From: an uncultured Thermoleophilia bacterium
GTDB taxonomy: Bacteria; Actinomycetota; Thermoleophilia; UBA2241
Reading direction: 5' to 3'
DNA length: 64,000 bases
Assembly (NCBI GenBank): GCA_963715985.1
Contig: CAVQSP010000015.1
Location: 32,001 to 96,000 of the forward strand
The translations under genes were made by a program, and so were the position numbers. Under the pieces are notes generated by a model. That model had not been told where the DNA came from. It made no database searches and saw nothing but the letters and a program-made list of their open reading frames with translations. How positions within the stretch are numbered: the first letter of the stretch is position 1; each line of letters begins with the position of its first letter. This document shows positions 1 to 10,402 of the stretch, piece after piece.

Positions 1-887
1 GTGCAGGGGTCGTGGTAGGCGAACTTGCCCGCGACCGCTATGGACGGCGTCACGCCCTTCTCCCTCAGCTTCCTCAGGATGAAGTCGGTGACGAACACCG
101 TCTCGATGCCCTCCATGTCGAACCACTTGGGGTACTCACGGATGATGAGCGCGTAGTCGTGCGGGTTGGCCACGACGAGCGTCTTCACGCCCAGGCTCCT
201 GAAGCTCGCCACGTTCTCGGCGGCGTACTTCTTCCACTCCTCGTCGTCCTCGCTGAGCAGCTCGGGGGCGGTCACGCCGGGCGTGGCGTACACGCCGAAC
301 TTGACGCCGATCTTGCCGAGGATCTGCGCGGCCAGCCGCGGCACCTCCGTGCCCTGCGTGGCCGTGAAGAAGTCCACGAACAGCGCCGTCTTCATGTCTC
401 CGGAGAGCTTGATACCTTCGGCCCACTTGGTGACGAGGTCGGCCTGGCCGGCGACGAAGCCGCGGTGCTCGTCGAGGTACTCCTTCACCGCGGCCCAGTT
501 CCTGATCTCGCCGCCGTCCGCCACGTGGTCGCGGCGGACCTTGCGCACGAGGTCCACGGTGGTGGTTGAACGGCGGTAGAAGTCGCCGCCCATCGACGTG
601 TTGGGGCAGCGCAGCTCGCAGGCGCCGCACTCGAGGCAGTACGTGAAGTCGTCGATGAGCCTGTCCAGGTCGCCGACGCCGCGACTCACGGCGAGGATGG
701 ACGTGTGGAAGCCGTAGGAGGTGTGAGCCTCGCGGCGCGTCAGATCGAAGTTTGGGCAGATGTCGCGGCAGAACTTGTGGCGGCACGCGAACACCAGGTA
801 GGCCTCTTTGACGAACTCGTCCGGGATGCCTTTGGTCTTCGTGAGAGGCTCAGCGTAGAAGTCCTTCTTGCTGAGTTGGTACGTCAT
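1..887 (-). CDS. (Fe-S)-binding oxidoreductase subunit, GlcF/GlpC/HdrD-like (runs off the left edge)
   Basis: Not in the ORF track. Manual translation from ATG 887 (overlaps the upstream stop, ATGA) gives MTYQLSKKDFY...ACRHKFCRDICP...YCLECGACELRCP...FAYHDPC, i.e. ferredoxin-type Cys motifs plus the start of a CCG domain. Open to position 1. Confidence 0.85.
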   Translation of the reverse strand, partial: MTYQLSKKDFYAEPLTKTKGIPDEFVKEAYLVFACRHKFCRDICPNFDLTRREAHTSYGFHTSILAVSRGVGDLDRLIDDFTYCLECGACELRCPNTSMGGDFYRRSTTTVDLVRKVRRDHVADGGEIRNWAAVKEYLDEHRGFVAGQADLVTKWAEGIKLSGDMKTALFVDFFTATQGTEVPRLAAQILGKIGVKFGVYATPGVTAPELLSEDDEEWKKYAAENVASFRSLGVKTLVVANPHDYALIIREYPKWFDMEGIETVFVTDFILRKLREKGVTPSIAVAGKFAYHDPC

Positions 888-2434
888 GACCGGGCACCTC
901 CTTCGAACGCCTCGTCGTACGCCTCGTCGAGGCAGTACTTGCCGGGGTTCATGATGTTGTTCGGGTCGATGAGGCGCTTGATCTTCTTCATGATGTCGAA
1001 CGGCCCGTTGGCCATCTCGCGGTGCATGGCGACGTCGTCGTCGCCCTCGCGGCAGGACCCGTGGCAGATGGAGACCGAGGCGTCGTGGTCGACGGCGGCG
1101 TTGGCGATCTCCTTCTTCATGCGGATCCAGGCGTCCCAGGTCTCCGTGTTGTACTGCAGTTCGGCCACGCCGACGTCGATCTCGATGAGGTAGTCGCCCC
1201 AGCCTTTGAACGGGTTGCTGGTGTAGATGAAGATGCCCCAGTCGTCGAACATGCCGGGGTACTCCTGCATGTAGCGGCCGACGATCTCGTGGAACTTCAC
1301 GCGCAGGGCCGGCAGCTCCGAGTGGACGGCCGCCGTGTCCTCGCAGTGCCAGGACATGAGCGTGGCCTGGCCGTCCGGCGTCCGACCGTGGTACGAGAGG
1401 TGGTAGCGGTCGTGGCGTGAGGCCCAGTCGCCCTCGCCCTGCTCGGGGCCGAGGTACTTGCCGCCCCACTTCTTCATGATCTTGAAGCCCTCCTTGACGG
1501 CCGGCTCCACCTCGCACTTGAGGCCGTAGAAGGTCATGAGGTCGACGAACGTGACGTCCTTGTGCAGCGGGATGAAGGCCTCGTCGTCGCGGCGCAGGAA
1601 GTCGATCTTCTTGTCGTCGAAGATCATCGCCGAGGAGATCGTCCCGAAGCCCTTGGTGGTGATGTCGTAGAGCGCGTTGTAGGCGTCGTCCCAGTTGTCG
1701 AAGGCGAAGTAGCCGGCGAACTCCACCTCGGGCTTGGGGTAGAGCTCGAGCACGGCCCTCGTGACGATGCACAGGGTGCCCTGGTGCTGCATGAAGAGGT
1801 CCTTGAGGCGATACCCGGACGAGCTCTTGCGGACCTTCCTGGTACCGCCGCCGCCGACCCAGATCACCTGACCATCGGGCAGCACGCACTCCATGCTGAT
1901 GACGGTGTCGGGGATATGGCCGTAGCGGCCGCCGATGAGAGTCCAGCCGCCGCAGCCGATGCGCCCGCCGATGACGGCGTTGGCGTAGCCGGCGAGGTCG
2001 TCCGGGAAGAACTTGCCCAGCGGCTCGAGGATCTCGTTGAGTTTGAGAGGGTTGATGCCGGTGCCCACGGTGACGCACGAGTTCTCCTCGTCGATCTCGA
2101 AGACCTCGTTCATCCGCTTGATGTCCACGCAGATGCCCTTGCGCAGCGGCATGGCGCCGTCGGCGAGGCCGGAGGCGCCGCCGCGCGGCGTGACGGGGAT
2201 GCGCCTCTCGTTGGCCAGCTTGAGGACGGCGACCACGTCGTCGGTGCCGCCCGGCAGCACGACGACGTCGGGAGTCTGGTCCGCCCAGCGGTGGAGCGGG
2301 AACGGTGCGCAGTTGGCGGCGCGCATGGCCCGCTCGTGCAGCTCGGTGAGCACGTTCTCGTCGCCGAGCAGCGACTTGAGCTCGGCGATCACCTCGTCGG
2401 TGACCGCTCCATACGTGGTGGGTGCGACTGTCAT
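884..2434 (-). CDS. FAD-binding oxidoreductase (GlcD/Dld/VAO-PCMH family)
   Basis: PDVVVLP, VTPRGGASGL, SSSGYRLKDLF and C-terminal IDPNNIMNPGK motifs; SD GAAAGGAG before ATG 2434. Confidence 0.9.
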   Translation of the reverse strand: MTVAPTTYGAVTDEVIAELKSLLGDENVLTELHERAMRAANCAPFPLHRWADQTPDVVVLPGGTDDVVAVLKLANERRIPVTPRGGASGLADGAMPLRKGICVDIKRMNEVFEIDEENSCVTVGTGINPLKLNEILEPLGKFFPDDLAGYANAVIGGRIGCGGWTLIGGRYGHIPDTVISMECVLPDGQVIWVGGGGTRKVRKSSSGYRLKDLFMQHQGTLCIVTRAVLELYPKPEVEFAGYFAFDNWDDAYNALYDITTKGFGTISSAMIFDDKKIDFLRRDDEAFIPLHKDVTFVDLMTFYGLKCEVEPAVKEGFKIMKKWGGKYLGPEQGEGDWASRHDRYHLSYHGRTPDGQATLMSWHCEDTAAVHSELPALRVKFHEIVGRYMQEYPGMFDDWGIFIYTSNPFKGWGDYLIEIDVGVAELQYNTETWDAWIRMKKEIANAAVDHDASVSICHGSCREGDDDVAMHREMANGPFDIMKKIKRLIDPNNIMNPGKYCLDEAYDEAFEGGARS

Positions 2435-2619
2435 GGACCCATCGACTCCTTTCTCGTGCGGCGTCGTGCCGGAGTGCCGCGGGCTGCTGCGGGTCGTGGG
2501 GCCAGGTGCGCGTCCCACGGTCGCCGGCGACGGGCGGCGGACAGGACTCTGCCCGGGCGCGAGGTCCGCCCGGCGGGATGCCCCGAGTGTAGCAACGGGG
2601 GCCGCGGGGAGAAGAGAGT

Positions 2620-2656
2620 ACTATGAGGGTTCAATGATAGTAATAACCCCGTATTG
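2620..2656. promoter_or_regulatory. AT-rich imperfect inverted repeat in the divergent promoter region (possible regulator site)
   Basis: tatgagggtt-caatgatagtaat-aaccccgta in an AT-rich patch between the divergent oxidoreductase and LuxR genes. Confidence 0.3.
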
Positions 2657-2667
2657 AGGAAGGCCCA

Positions 2668-3954
2668 GTGGATACGCCGCCAGAGCCGCCGACCGGCTTC
2701 AAGCTGCCGTCTCTCAACGACCCCATCCCGCGGCCCGACCGGCGCCCTCCGGCCCAGTCGCGCTTCAGCGCCTTCGTGGACTCCGTGTACGACGCGTACT
2801 ACGACTGGCACATCCACACGGGGTACATGGAGTTCTCGGCACAGATGGACGCTCTGCTCGGCCTGGCGCCGGACAGCCTGCCGCGGGCCTTCGCCGCGTG
2901 GCTCGACCGCCTGCATCCGGAGGATCGAGGGGCCACCGTGCGGCTCGTCGGGGCGGCGGTCCGCGACGGCGGCGTGTACCGCGACGAGTACCGTCTGCGG
3001 CGCGAGGACGGCACCTACGTGCGCGTGAGCGACCGAGGGGTCGTGCTGAGGGACGAGGACGGCCGCTCCTCCCACATGGTCGGCGCCATCCGCGACATCT
3101 CCCAGGAACTGGAGGCGCAGCGCGCCCTGCACGAGGCGGCCGAGCTGTACCGCACGCTCTTCGAGAGCGCGGTCAACCCGGCGTTCCAGATCGCCGAGGA
3201 CGGGCGCTTCGTGGACGCCAACGCGGCCGGCACCCGCTTTCTGGAGACCAGCCGTGCGCAGCTCCTGCGCCGGGGCGTGGACGCCGTGTGGGGCGCCGCG
3301 GCCCTGGCGGCCGTGCGCGCGGCCACGGCGTCGGGCGCCGCCGCGTCGCTCGAGCTGGAGCTCGAGCTGGGCGGCGCCGTCAAGGCCCTTGCGGTGAGCC
3401 TGGTGCCGTGCCGCTACCGCGGGGCGCCCACGTGCTTCGCCCTCGGCACGGACATCACCGACCACCGCACCCTGCGCACCGCCCTCGAGGAGTCGGAGGC
3501 GTCGCTGCGCCGCCAGGCCGATGCGCTGTCAGACAGCAACACGGCCCTGCGCGTGATCCTCGAGCAGCGCAATCGCGACCGCGCCGAGCTCGAGCGCACC
3601 ATCTCGGACAACGTGGAGACCATGGTCCTGCCGATGCTCGGGCGCTTGAGCAAGCCGCTCACCGGCACGCCCGAGAGCATCTACCTCGACGCGGCGACGC
3701 AGGCGCTGCGCGAGGTGGTGAGCCCGTTCGCGCAGGCGTTGAGCCCGGCCGCCGAGAGCGGTGCGCAGCTCACGCCGCGCGAACGCGAGATCGCCGGGCT
3801 CATCCGCGTGGGCCGCAGCAGCAGCGAGATCGCGGAGGCACTGTACATCTCCCCCACCACAGTGGCCTTCCACCGCAAGAACCTGCGCCGCAAGCTCGGC
3901 CTGGGCCCCCGCGGGCCGCGTCTGGCCTCGCACCTCGGGCGCACGCCGGGCTGA
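2668..3954 (+). CDS. PAS-domain LuxR-family transcriptional regulator
   Basis: PAS/PAC segments (WLDRLHPEDR, EYRLRREDG, TDITD) and a C-terminal LuxR HTH (LTPREREIA...IAEALYISPTTVAFHRKNLRRKL). Confidence 0.9.
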   Translation: MDTPPEPPTGFKLPSLNDPIPRPDRRPPAQSRFSAFVDSVYDAYYDWHIHTGYMEFSAQMDALLGLAPDSLPRAFAAWLDRLHPEDRGATVRLVGAAVRDGGVYRDEYRLRREDGTYVRVSDRGVVLRDEDGRSSHMVGAIRDISQELEAQRALHEAAELYRTLFESAVNPAFQIAEDGRFVDANAAGTRFLETSRAQLLRRGVDAVWGAAALAAVRAATASGAAASLELELELGGAVKALAVSLVPCRYRGAPTCFALGTDITDHRTLRTALEESEASLRRQADALSDSNTALRVILEQRNRDRAELERTISDNVETMVLPMLGRLSKPLTGTPESIYLDAATQALREVVSPFAQALSPAAESGAQLTPREREIAGLIRVGRSSSEIAEALYISPTTVAFHRKNLRRKLGLGPRGPRLASHLGRTPG

Positions 3955-3974
3955 GGCCGTCTGTCGCCGGATGG

Positions 3975-4006
3975 GCCGCTGCCGCCGCGGCCGCGGCGGC
4001 AGCGGC
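3975..4006. terminator. Perfect 32-bp GC palindrome between convergent genes
   Basis: gccgctgccgccgcgg|ccgcggcggcagcggc between the LuxR and wecA-like stop codons. Confidence 0.5.
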
Positions 4007-4012
4007 AGCGCG

Positions 4013-5182
4013 TCAGTCCCTGGGGTCGATCCCGTTGACGGCCCCCGGGCCACCGGGATCCTGCGGGCCACCCGGTTCGTCAGGGGCGTCCGGTCCGTCC
4101 GCCGCGCCCTCGGGCGGGTTCTTGCCGACGCCGGGGGCCAGCGGATCGGGCAGGCCGCGGTGACGTGACCGGTAACGGCTGAGCAGCTGCAGCATGTACA
4201 CGGTCGCGACAGTCGCGGCGATGCCGAGCAGGATCTTGGCCCAGCTGTTCTCGCGCTGGATGGCGATGGCCAGCCCGCTCAGCAAGATGCACCAGGAGTA
4301 GAGCAGCAGCACGCTCTTGCGCTGCGAGAAGCCGTGGACCAGCACGAGGTCGTGGTGCACGTGGTCCTGGCCCGGGGAGTAGAAAGGCACGCCGCGCCGC
4401 CAGCGGCGCCAGACGATGAGGGACAGGTCGACGAACGGCACGCCCAGCACCAGCAGCGGCAGCACGAGGGCGATGGCCGCCGTGCCCTTCATCACGCTCT
4501 GTACGCTCAGACAGGCGAGAACGAACCCCAGGAGCATGGACCCGGCGTCCCCCATGAAGATGCTGGCCGGGTGGAAGTTGAAGCGCAGAAAAGCGAAGGT
4601 GGCGCCGGCGAGGATGGCGGCGATGACGCCGGCGGCCGGGAAGTTCGTGCTCAGCGAGATGATGCAGAACGTGAGCGCGGAGATGCCGCAGACCCCGGCG
4701 GCAAGACCGTCAAGCCCGTCGATGAAGTTCACCATGTTGATGATCATCGCCATCCAGAAGGCCGTGACGAGGATGGAGACGATCGGCGGGAAGTACCACA
4801 TCACGTCGGTGAACGGGATGCCCATGCGGGCGATGCGGATGTCGAAGTAGATGGCCACGCCGATGGCCAGCAGCTGGCCGATGAACTTGACGATGGGCTC
4901 GAGCTCGTAGAGGTCGTCGAAGAGCCCCACTGCCACCACGATGGTGGCGCCGCCGATGATGCCCCACACGGGCCGGTCGACCTTGACGAAGACCATGACC
5001 GGGATCATCCAGCCGAGGTAGATACCGAGGCCGCCGAGGAGCGGCGTGGCAAGCTCGTGCATGCGGCGGTCGTCGGTGGGTGTGTCCACGGCGCCGGTGC
5101 GGTGCGCGAGGCGCCCCATGAACGGCGTGAGCACGTAGACGAGTGCCGCCGCGACGAGAAAGCCCAGGACCGCAGTACGCAC
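4013..5182 (-). CDS. MraY/WecA/TagO-family polyprenyl-phosphate GlcNAc-1-P transferase
   Basis: TPLLGG, GLFDD, NMVNFIDGLDGL, NFHPASIFMGDAGS and DHVHH motifs; many transmembrane segments. Confidence 0.9.
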   Translation of the reverse strand: MRTAVLGFLVAAALVYVLTPFMGRLAHRTGAVDTPTDDRRMHELATPLLGGLGIYLGWMIPVMVFVKVDRPVWGIIGGATIVVAVGLFDDLYELEPIVKFIGQLLAIGVAIYFDIRIARMGIPFTDVMWYFPPIVSILVTAFWMAMIINMVNFIDGLDGLAAGVCGISALTFCIISLSTNFPAAGVIAAILAGATFAFLRFNFHPASIFMGDAGSMLLGFVLACLSVQSVMKGTAAIALVLPLLVLGVPFVDLSLIVWRRWRRGVPFYSPGQDHVHHDLVLVHGFSQRKSVLLLYSWCILLSGLAIAIQRENSWAKILLGIAATVATVYMLQLLSRYRSRHRGLPDPLAPGVGKNPPEGAADGPDAPDEPGGPQDPGGPGAVNGIDPRD

Positions 5183-5208
5183 CGGGCTGTCGAGGAGGAG
5201 CGGCCCGT

Positions 5209-5694
5209 CTATGGCAGCTTCTCCTGGAGCACCGAGACGCCCGCCTCCGCGAGCATCTCGCGCGAGAGCTCGTCCGGGTACCCTTCGAGATAGTGGATCT
5301 CACGCACCCCGCAGTTGATGAGCATCTTGGCGCAGAGGATGCAGGGGTGAAGGGTCGTGTAGAGCGTGGCGCCCTCGATGGCGACGCCGTGCACGGCGGC
5401 CTGGATGATGGCGTTCTGCTCGGCGTGGATGGCGCGGCACAGCTCCTGGCGCTCGCCTGAGGGAATGCCGAGTTGCTCCCGCAGGCAGCCGATGTCGAGA
5501 CAGTGCGCCGTGTCTCTGGGAGCGCCGTTGTAGCCGGTGGCGAGGAGCCGCTTGTCGCGCACGAGCACGGCTCCGACCTGGCGCCGCAGACACGTGGAGC
5601 GGGTCGCCGCCTGCAGGGCCAGCTGCAGGAAGTACTCGTCCCAGGTGGGACGCGGAGGCCTGGCCCCCGCGGTGTCGGCGGACGCCCCCATCAC
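5209..5694 (-). CDS. dCMP deaminase (ComEB family)
   Basis: [23 protein letters not shown] and PCILC zinc motifs. Confidence 0.92.
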   Translation of the reverse strand: MMGASADTAGARPPRPTWDEYFLQLALQAATRSTCLRRQVGAVLVRDKRLLATGYNGAPRDTAHCLDIGCLREQLGIPSGERQELCRAIHAEQNAIIQAAVHGVAIEGATLYTTLHPCILCAKMLINCGVREIHYLEGYPDELSREMLAEAGVSVLQEKLP

Positions 5695-6959
5695 AGGAAC
5701 TCGTAGAGCGGGAAGCGGTCGAGCAGGTCGACCACCTCGCGGCGGATCTCGGCGAGCGCCGCCGCGTTGCCGCGGGAGGAGAGGGCGCGCAGCATGAGCT
5801 CGCCGGTCTGCCTCATCTCGGGCTCCATGAAGCCCCGCGTGCTCACCGCCGGCGAGCCCACGCGCAGCCCGCTGGCCACGTTGAACGACCCCTCCTCGAA
5901 GGGGACCACGTTGCGGTTGGCGGTGATGTTCACGGTCTCGAGGAGCTCCTGGTACTCCAGGCCCGTGAGGCCGGTACCGCGCAGGTCGAGGAGCGCGAGG
6001 TGGACGTCGGTGCCGCCGGAGACGAGGCGCAGACCGCCGTCGGCCAGGGTCTGCGCGAGCACCGCGCAGTTGGCCACGATCTGGCGCTGGAGCTTGTGGA
6101 ACTGATCGCTCTGGGCGATCTTGAGGCAGGCCGCCTTGGCGGCGATGACGTGCATGAGCGGGCCGCCCTGCATGCCCGGGAACACGGCCCGGTCCATGGC
6201 CTCAGCGAGCCCTGCGCGGCACATGATGAGGCCGGCGCGCGGGCCCGTGAGCGTCTTGTGCGTGGTGCTCGTGACGATGTCGCAGTACGGCACCGGGTTG
6301 GGGTGCACGCCGGCGGCGATGAGACCGGCGATGTGCGCGATGTCGGCGAGCAGAAGCGCCCCGCACTCGTCGGCGATGCTGCGGAACGCCTGCCAGTCCA
6401 CGATGCGCGGGTAGGCGCTGTAGCCGCAGATGATGAGCTTGGGCCGGTGCTGCAGCGCCAGGTCCCGGACCTCGTCGAAGTCGATGGTCTCGGTGTCGCG
6501 GCGCACGTGGTACGGCACCACGTCGTAAGTGCGCCCCGAGTAGTTGATGTTCATGCCGTGAGTCAGGTGGCCGCCGTGAGTGAGCGCCAGGGCCATGAGT
6601 GTGTCGCCGGGCTCAAGCACGGCGAACAGGGCTGCCAGGTTGGCCGACGAGCCCGAGTGCGGCTGCACGTTGACGTGCTCGGCGCCGAACAAGGCCTTGC
6701 AGCGGTCGATGGCGAGCTGCTCCACGCGGTCCACGATGTCGCAGCCGCCGTAGTAGCGCGCCCCGGGGACGCCCTCCGCGTACTTGTTGGTGAGCACCGA
6801 GCCGGTGGCCTCGAGCACCGCACGGCTGGCGAAGTTCTCGCTGGCGATGAGCTCGAGCGTCTCCTGCTGGCGGATGAGCTCGAGCCGCAGGAGCTCGTTG
6901 AGCTCCGGGTCGAGGTGATAGAGCGGCTCGCGGCGCCACTCGCGGCCGACAGGACTCAC
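5691..6959 (-). CDS. glyA: Serine hydroxymethyltransferase
   Basis: [29 protein letters not shown] and TTHKTL (PLP Lys). Start placed at GTG 6959, overlapping the rpiB stop. Confidence 0.96.
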   Translation of the reverse strand: MSPVGREWRREPLYHLDPELNELLRLELIRQQETLELIASENFASRAVLEATGSVLTNKYAEGVPGARYYGGCDIVDRVEQLAIDRCKALFGAEHVNVQPHSGSSANLAALFAVLEPGDTLMALALTHGGHLTHGMNINYSGRTYDVVPYHVRRDTETIDFDEVRDLALQHRPKLIICGYSAYPRIVDWQAFRSIADECGALLLADIAHIAGLIAAGVHPNPVPYCDIVTSTTHKTLTGPRAGLIMCRAGLAEAMDRAVFPGMQGGPLMHVIAAKAACLKIAQSDQFHKLQRQIVANCAVLAQTLADGGLRLVSGGTDVHLALLDLRGTGLTGLEYQELLETVNITANRNVVPFEEGSFNVASGLRVGSPAVSTRGFMEPEMRQTGELMLRALSSRGNAAALAEIRREVVDLLDRFPLYEFL

Positions 6960-7402
6960 GACCCTGCTTCTTCCAGATCGATGTGCTCCACGCGGCGCTC
7001 GTGGCGACCGCCCTCGAAGGGCGTGGCCAGCCACACTTCGGTGATCGCCCAGGCCTCGTCCTCGCTGAGGATGCGGCCGCCCATGCAGAGCACGTTGGCG
7101 TCGTTGTGACGGCGCGCCATCTCGGCCAGATACGGCGTGAAGCAGTCCGCCGCCCGCACCCCTGCGTGGCGGTTGGCCGTCATGCAGATGCCGAGTCCGG
7201 TGCCGCATGCCAGGATGCCGCGCTCGACCTCGCCGGAGGCGACCATGGCCGCCACCTTGTGGCCGTAGTCGGGGTAGTCGACGGAGGCCTCGCCCGAGTC
7301 CGTGCCGACGTCGATGACCTCATGGCCCTGGGAGCGCAGGCGGCGCACCACGGCCTGTTTCAGGGCGTAGCCCCCATGGTCGGCACCAGCGGCGATCTTC
7401 AC
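6956..7402 (-). CDS. rpiB: Ribose-5-phosphate isomerase B
   Basis: GADHGG, DYPD, CGTGLG, RHNDANVL, FEGGRHERRV; SD GAAAGGA before GTG 7402. Confidence 0.95.
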   Translation of the reverse strand: MKIAAGADHGGYALKQAVVRRLRSQGHEVIDVGTDSGEASVDYPDYGHKVAAMVASGEVERGILACGTGLGICMTANRHAGVRAADCFTPYLAEMARRHNDANVLCMGGRILSEDEAWAITEVWLATPFEGGRHERRVEHIDLEEAGS

Positions 7403-7504
7403 GGTCTGTTCCTTTCGCTCGGTGGCGGCTGACACGGTGGTCGCGCGGGCCGGCGGTGCGGCGCCGCGGCCCGTTCTCAAGCCGCACAGTCTATCAGGAC
7501 GGCG

Positions 7505-8215
7505 TCACGGCACGGCGGCGCCCAGCGGCGGACCCTGCAACAGCGCGCTCACCGCGTCCTCGCCGGCGCCGCCCCCGCGCAGGATCCGCCACGTGCCCTC
7601 CTCCTCGAACACGCTGAGGTCGAGCACGGTGGATGCCTCCCCGTGCACTGGGCCGGCATCCAGGGCGAGGTCGCAGGCGGCCAGCAGGCGCGGGTCCACG
7701 TCGTCAAGGCTGCCGGGAGCCGCCTCGCCGCTGAGGTTGGCGCTGGACGCGAGCAGCGGGAACGGAAGGCCCGCGAGTACGTGCGCGGCGTCCGGCCACT
7801 GCGGCACGCGCACGCCGATCGTCTTCACGATGCGCGTGCGCACGCCGAAGGTGCCCTGCGTGCGGTGCGGTACCTCTCCAGGCGGCGGGAAGGCGAGGCC
7901 GGCCGGATGCGGGAGCAGCAGCGTGAACGGACCCGGGAGCAGGCGCCTCACTGCCTCGCGCAGTCGCGGCGCGAGCGCGAGGCTCGCCTCCAGCAGCTCC
8001 AGGCTCGGGTACACGACCTGCAGCGGCTTGCCGGCCTCACGCCCTTTGGCGGCGACGACTCCCTGCGCCACGAGCGGAGCCAGGATACCGCCCACCCCGT
8101 ACACCGTGTCGGTCGGGAAGCACACGAGGCGGGACGCGGCGATGTCGCCCGCCAGTCGGGCCGCGGCGGGCCCGCCGCTCAGCGACCGCAGGTCGATGCG
8201 GCGCGGGCCGCTCAC
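7505..8215 (-). CDS. tsaC: Threonylcarbamoyl-AMP synthase (TsaC/YrdC/Sua5 family)
   Basis: [29 protein letters not shown]; GTG start overlaps the hisF stop. Confidence 0.88.
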   Translation of the reverse strand: MSGPRRIDLRSLSGGPAAARLAGDIAASRLVCFPTDTVYGVGGILAPLVAQGVVAAKGREAGKPLQVVYPSLELLEASLALAPRLREAVRRLLPGPFTLLLPHPAGLAFPPPGEVPHRTQGTFGVRTRIVKTIGVRVPQWPDAAHVLAGLPFPLLASSANLSGEAAPGSLDDVDPRLLAACDLALDAGPVHGEASTVLDLSVFEEEGTWRILRGGGAGEDAVSALLQGPPLGAAVP

Positions 8216-9012
8216 GCGCCCTCTGCGGGGACCGCCCGGCGCACGGGGATGCCGCGCTCCGCCAGGTACTGTTTGGTCTCGGCGATAGAGTGCGTGCCGA
8301 AGTGGAAGATGCTGGCCGCGAGCACCGCGTCGGCCTCGCCCAGGGTGAGCCCGTCGGCGAGGTGCCTCAGGGTGCCCACGCCGCCCGAGGCGATGACGGG
8401 CACGTCCACGGCGCGGGCCACGGCACGCGTGAGCTCGAGGTCGTACCCGTCCAGCGTGCCGTCGCGGTCCATGCTGGTGAGCATGAACTCGCCGGCTCCG
8501 AGTTCGGCGGCACGCACTGCCCAGGCCAGCGCATCCAAGCCGGTCGGCGTGCGGCCGCCGTGCACGTACACCTCCCAGTGCGCCGGGCGGCCTTCCTCCC
8601 CGCTCCCCGCCACACGCTTGGCGTCCACGGCGACCACGATGCACTGCGCCCCGAAGCGCTCGGCGCAGCGCCGCACCAGCTCAGGGTCCTCCACCGCGGC
8701 GGTGTTCATCGTGACCTTGTCGGCGCCGGCCGCGAGGATCATGCGCACATCGTCCTCGCTGGAGAGGCCGCCGCCGATAGTGAAGGGTATGAAGACCTGC
8801 TCGGCGCAGCGCGCCGCCAGCCCGGCGATGATGTCGCGGCGCTCGTGTGAGGCCGTGATATCCAGGAAGACGAGCTCGTCGGCGCCTTCGGCGTCGTAGC
8901 GCGCCGCCAGCTCCACCGGGTCCCCGGCGTCGCGCAAGCCGACGAAGTTGACGCCCTTGACCACCCGCCCGTCGCGCACGTCCAGGCACGGGATGACGCG
9001 CTTCATGTGCAC
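8212..9012 (-). CDS. hisF: Imidazole glycerol phosphate synthase cyclase subunit
   Basis: [40 protein letters not shown]. Confidence 0.97.
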   Translation of the reverse strand: MHMKRVIPCLDVRDGRVVKGVNFVGLRDAGDPVELAARYDAEGADELVFLDITASHERRDIIAGLAARCAEQVFIPFTIGGGLSSEDDVRMILAAGADKVTMNTAAVEDPELVRRCAERFGAQCIVVAVDAKRVAGSGEEGRPAHWEVYVHGGRTPTGLDALAWAVRAAELGAGEFMLTSMDRDGTLDGYDLELTRAVARAVDVPVIASGGVGTLRHLADGLTLGEADAVLAASIFHFGTHSIAETKQYLAERGIPVRRAVPAEGA

Positions 9013-9024
9013 GGCGGCGCCTCG

Positions 9025-9756
9025 CTAGACCTGGGCGGCCACGGCGGCCTGCGCCGCGGCCAGCGAGAAGGCGTCCTCGTACAGCGCACGGCCCACGATG
9101 ACGCCGACCACGGTCGGCAGGGCGAGCCTGCGCAGGCGGCGCAAGTCGTCGAGCAGCGCGATGCCGCCGGAGAGCACGATCTCCAGCGACGTGGTCTCCG
9201 CAAGGTCGCGAAGGCCGATAAGGTTGGGCCCGCCCAGCATGCCGTCGCGGGCCGTGTCCGTGTACACCACGCGCTTGACGTCGTGCTCCACCAGGATCCT
9301 GGCGAACTTCACTGAGCTCATCTGCGAGCGCTGCTGCCAGCCGTGCGTGGCCACCATGCCGTCGCTGCAGTCCAGGCCGACGACGAGGCGCTCGCCCAGC
9401 CACGCGACGGCGTCGTCCAGGAGGTCCAGCGCCGTGACCGCGGCCGTGCCCATCACCACCCAGCGCACGCCGATGCCGGCGATCAGGGCCAGGCTGGTGG
9501 GCGTGCGGATGCCGCCCCCATACTGCACGGGGATGTCCAGGGCCTTGACGATGCGCTCCACGATGGTGAAGTTGGCCAGCTCACCAGCGCGCGCCGCGTC
9601 CAGGTCCACGACGTGGAGAGCCTCCGCGCCCTGGGCCTCCCACATGCGCGCCAGCTCGACGGGGTCGTCACCGAAGACGGTGACATCCTCGAAGTCGCCG
9701 CGGCGCAGCCGCACGGCCTTGCCGCCTTGTATGTCGACGGCCGGGAAGACGATCAC
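9025..9756 (-). CDS. hisA: ProFAR isomerase
   Basis: FPAVDI, LHVVDLDAA, GGGIR, YTDTARDGML, GRALYE; GTG start overlaps the hisH stop. Confidence 0.95.
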   Translation of the reverse strand: MIVFPAVDIQGGKAVRLRRGDFEDVTVFGDDPVELARMWEAQGAEALHVVDLDAARAGELANFTIVERIVKALDIPVQYGGGIRTPTSLALIAGIGVRWVVMGTAAVTALDLLDDAVAWLGERLVVGLDCSDGMVATHGWQQRSQMSSVKFARILVEHDVKRVVYTDTARDGMLGGPNLIGLRDLAETTSLEIVLSGGIALLDDLRRLRRLALPTVVGVIVGRALYEDAFSLAAAQAAVAAQV

Positions 9757-10397
9757 GGGCGGGCCTCCTGCCGGACGAGGTTCACGAAGGTCGCGAGCAG
9801 TGCCAGACCCACGCTCGAGCTCTTCTCGGGGTGGAACTGCACAGCCCATACATTATCCCTCGCCACGGCCGCCGCCACGCGACCCCCGTAGTCTGTCCAG
9901 GCGGCCACGACGGCCTCGTCGGCCGGCACCGCCGCGTACGAGTGCACGAAGTAGACGGCGGCCGGGTCGGGCAGACCGCGTGCCATGCCCGACCCGGCCG
10001 CCGTCCACTCGAGCTCGTTCCAGCCTATGTGCGGCACCTTGAGGCCGGTCTGCAGCCGCTCCACCGTGCCGGCGAAGACGCCGAGGCCGGGCCAGCGCCC
10101 GCCCTCGCCGCTGCTCTCGAAGAGAAGCTGCAGTCCGAGGCACACGCCCAGGAACGGGGTACCGGCGGCGATGCGCTCGAGCACGGCCTCGGCGAGGCCG
10201 CTCTGCTCGAGCCGCGCCGCCGCGTCCCTGAAAGCGCCCACACCTGGCAGCACGACGGCCGCCGCCTCGCGGACCTGCGCCGGGCCGTCGCAGACGCGGG
10301 CGTCGGCGCCGCTGCGCTCGAGCGCCTTGACCACGCTGGCGAGGTTACCCATGCCGTAGTCAACCACGGCCACGCGCGGGGGTGCCGCGGTCGTCAT
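9753..10397 (-). CDS. hisH: Imidazole glycerol phosphate synthase glutaminase subunit
   Basis: DYGMGN, LPGVGAF, GVCLGLQ, YFVHSY, QFHPEKS. Confidence 0.97.
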   Translation of the reverse strand: MTTAAPPRVAVVDYGMGNLASVVKALERSGADARVCDGPAQVREAAAVVLPGVGAFRDAAARLEQSGLAEAVLERIAAGTPFLGVCLGLQLLFESSGEGGRWPGLGVFAGTVERLQTGLKVPHIGWNELEWTAAGSGMARGLPDPAAVYFVHSYAAVPADEAVVAAWTDYGGRVAAAVARDNVWAVQFHPEKSSSVGLALLATFVNLVRQEARP

Positions 10398-10402
10398 CGG
10401 CG

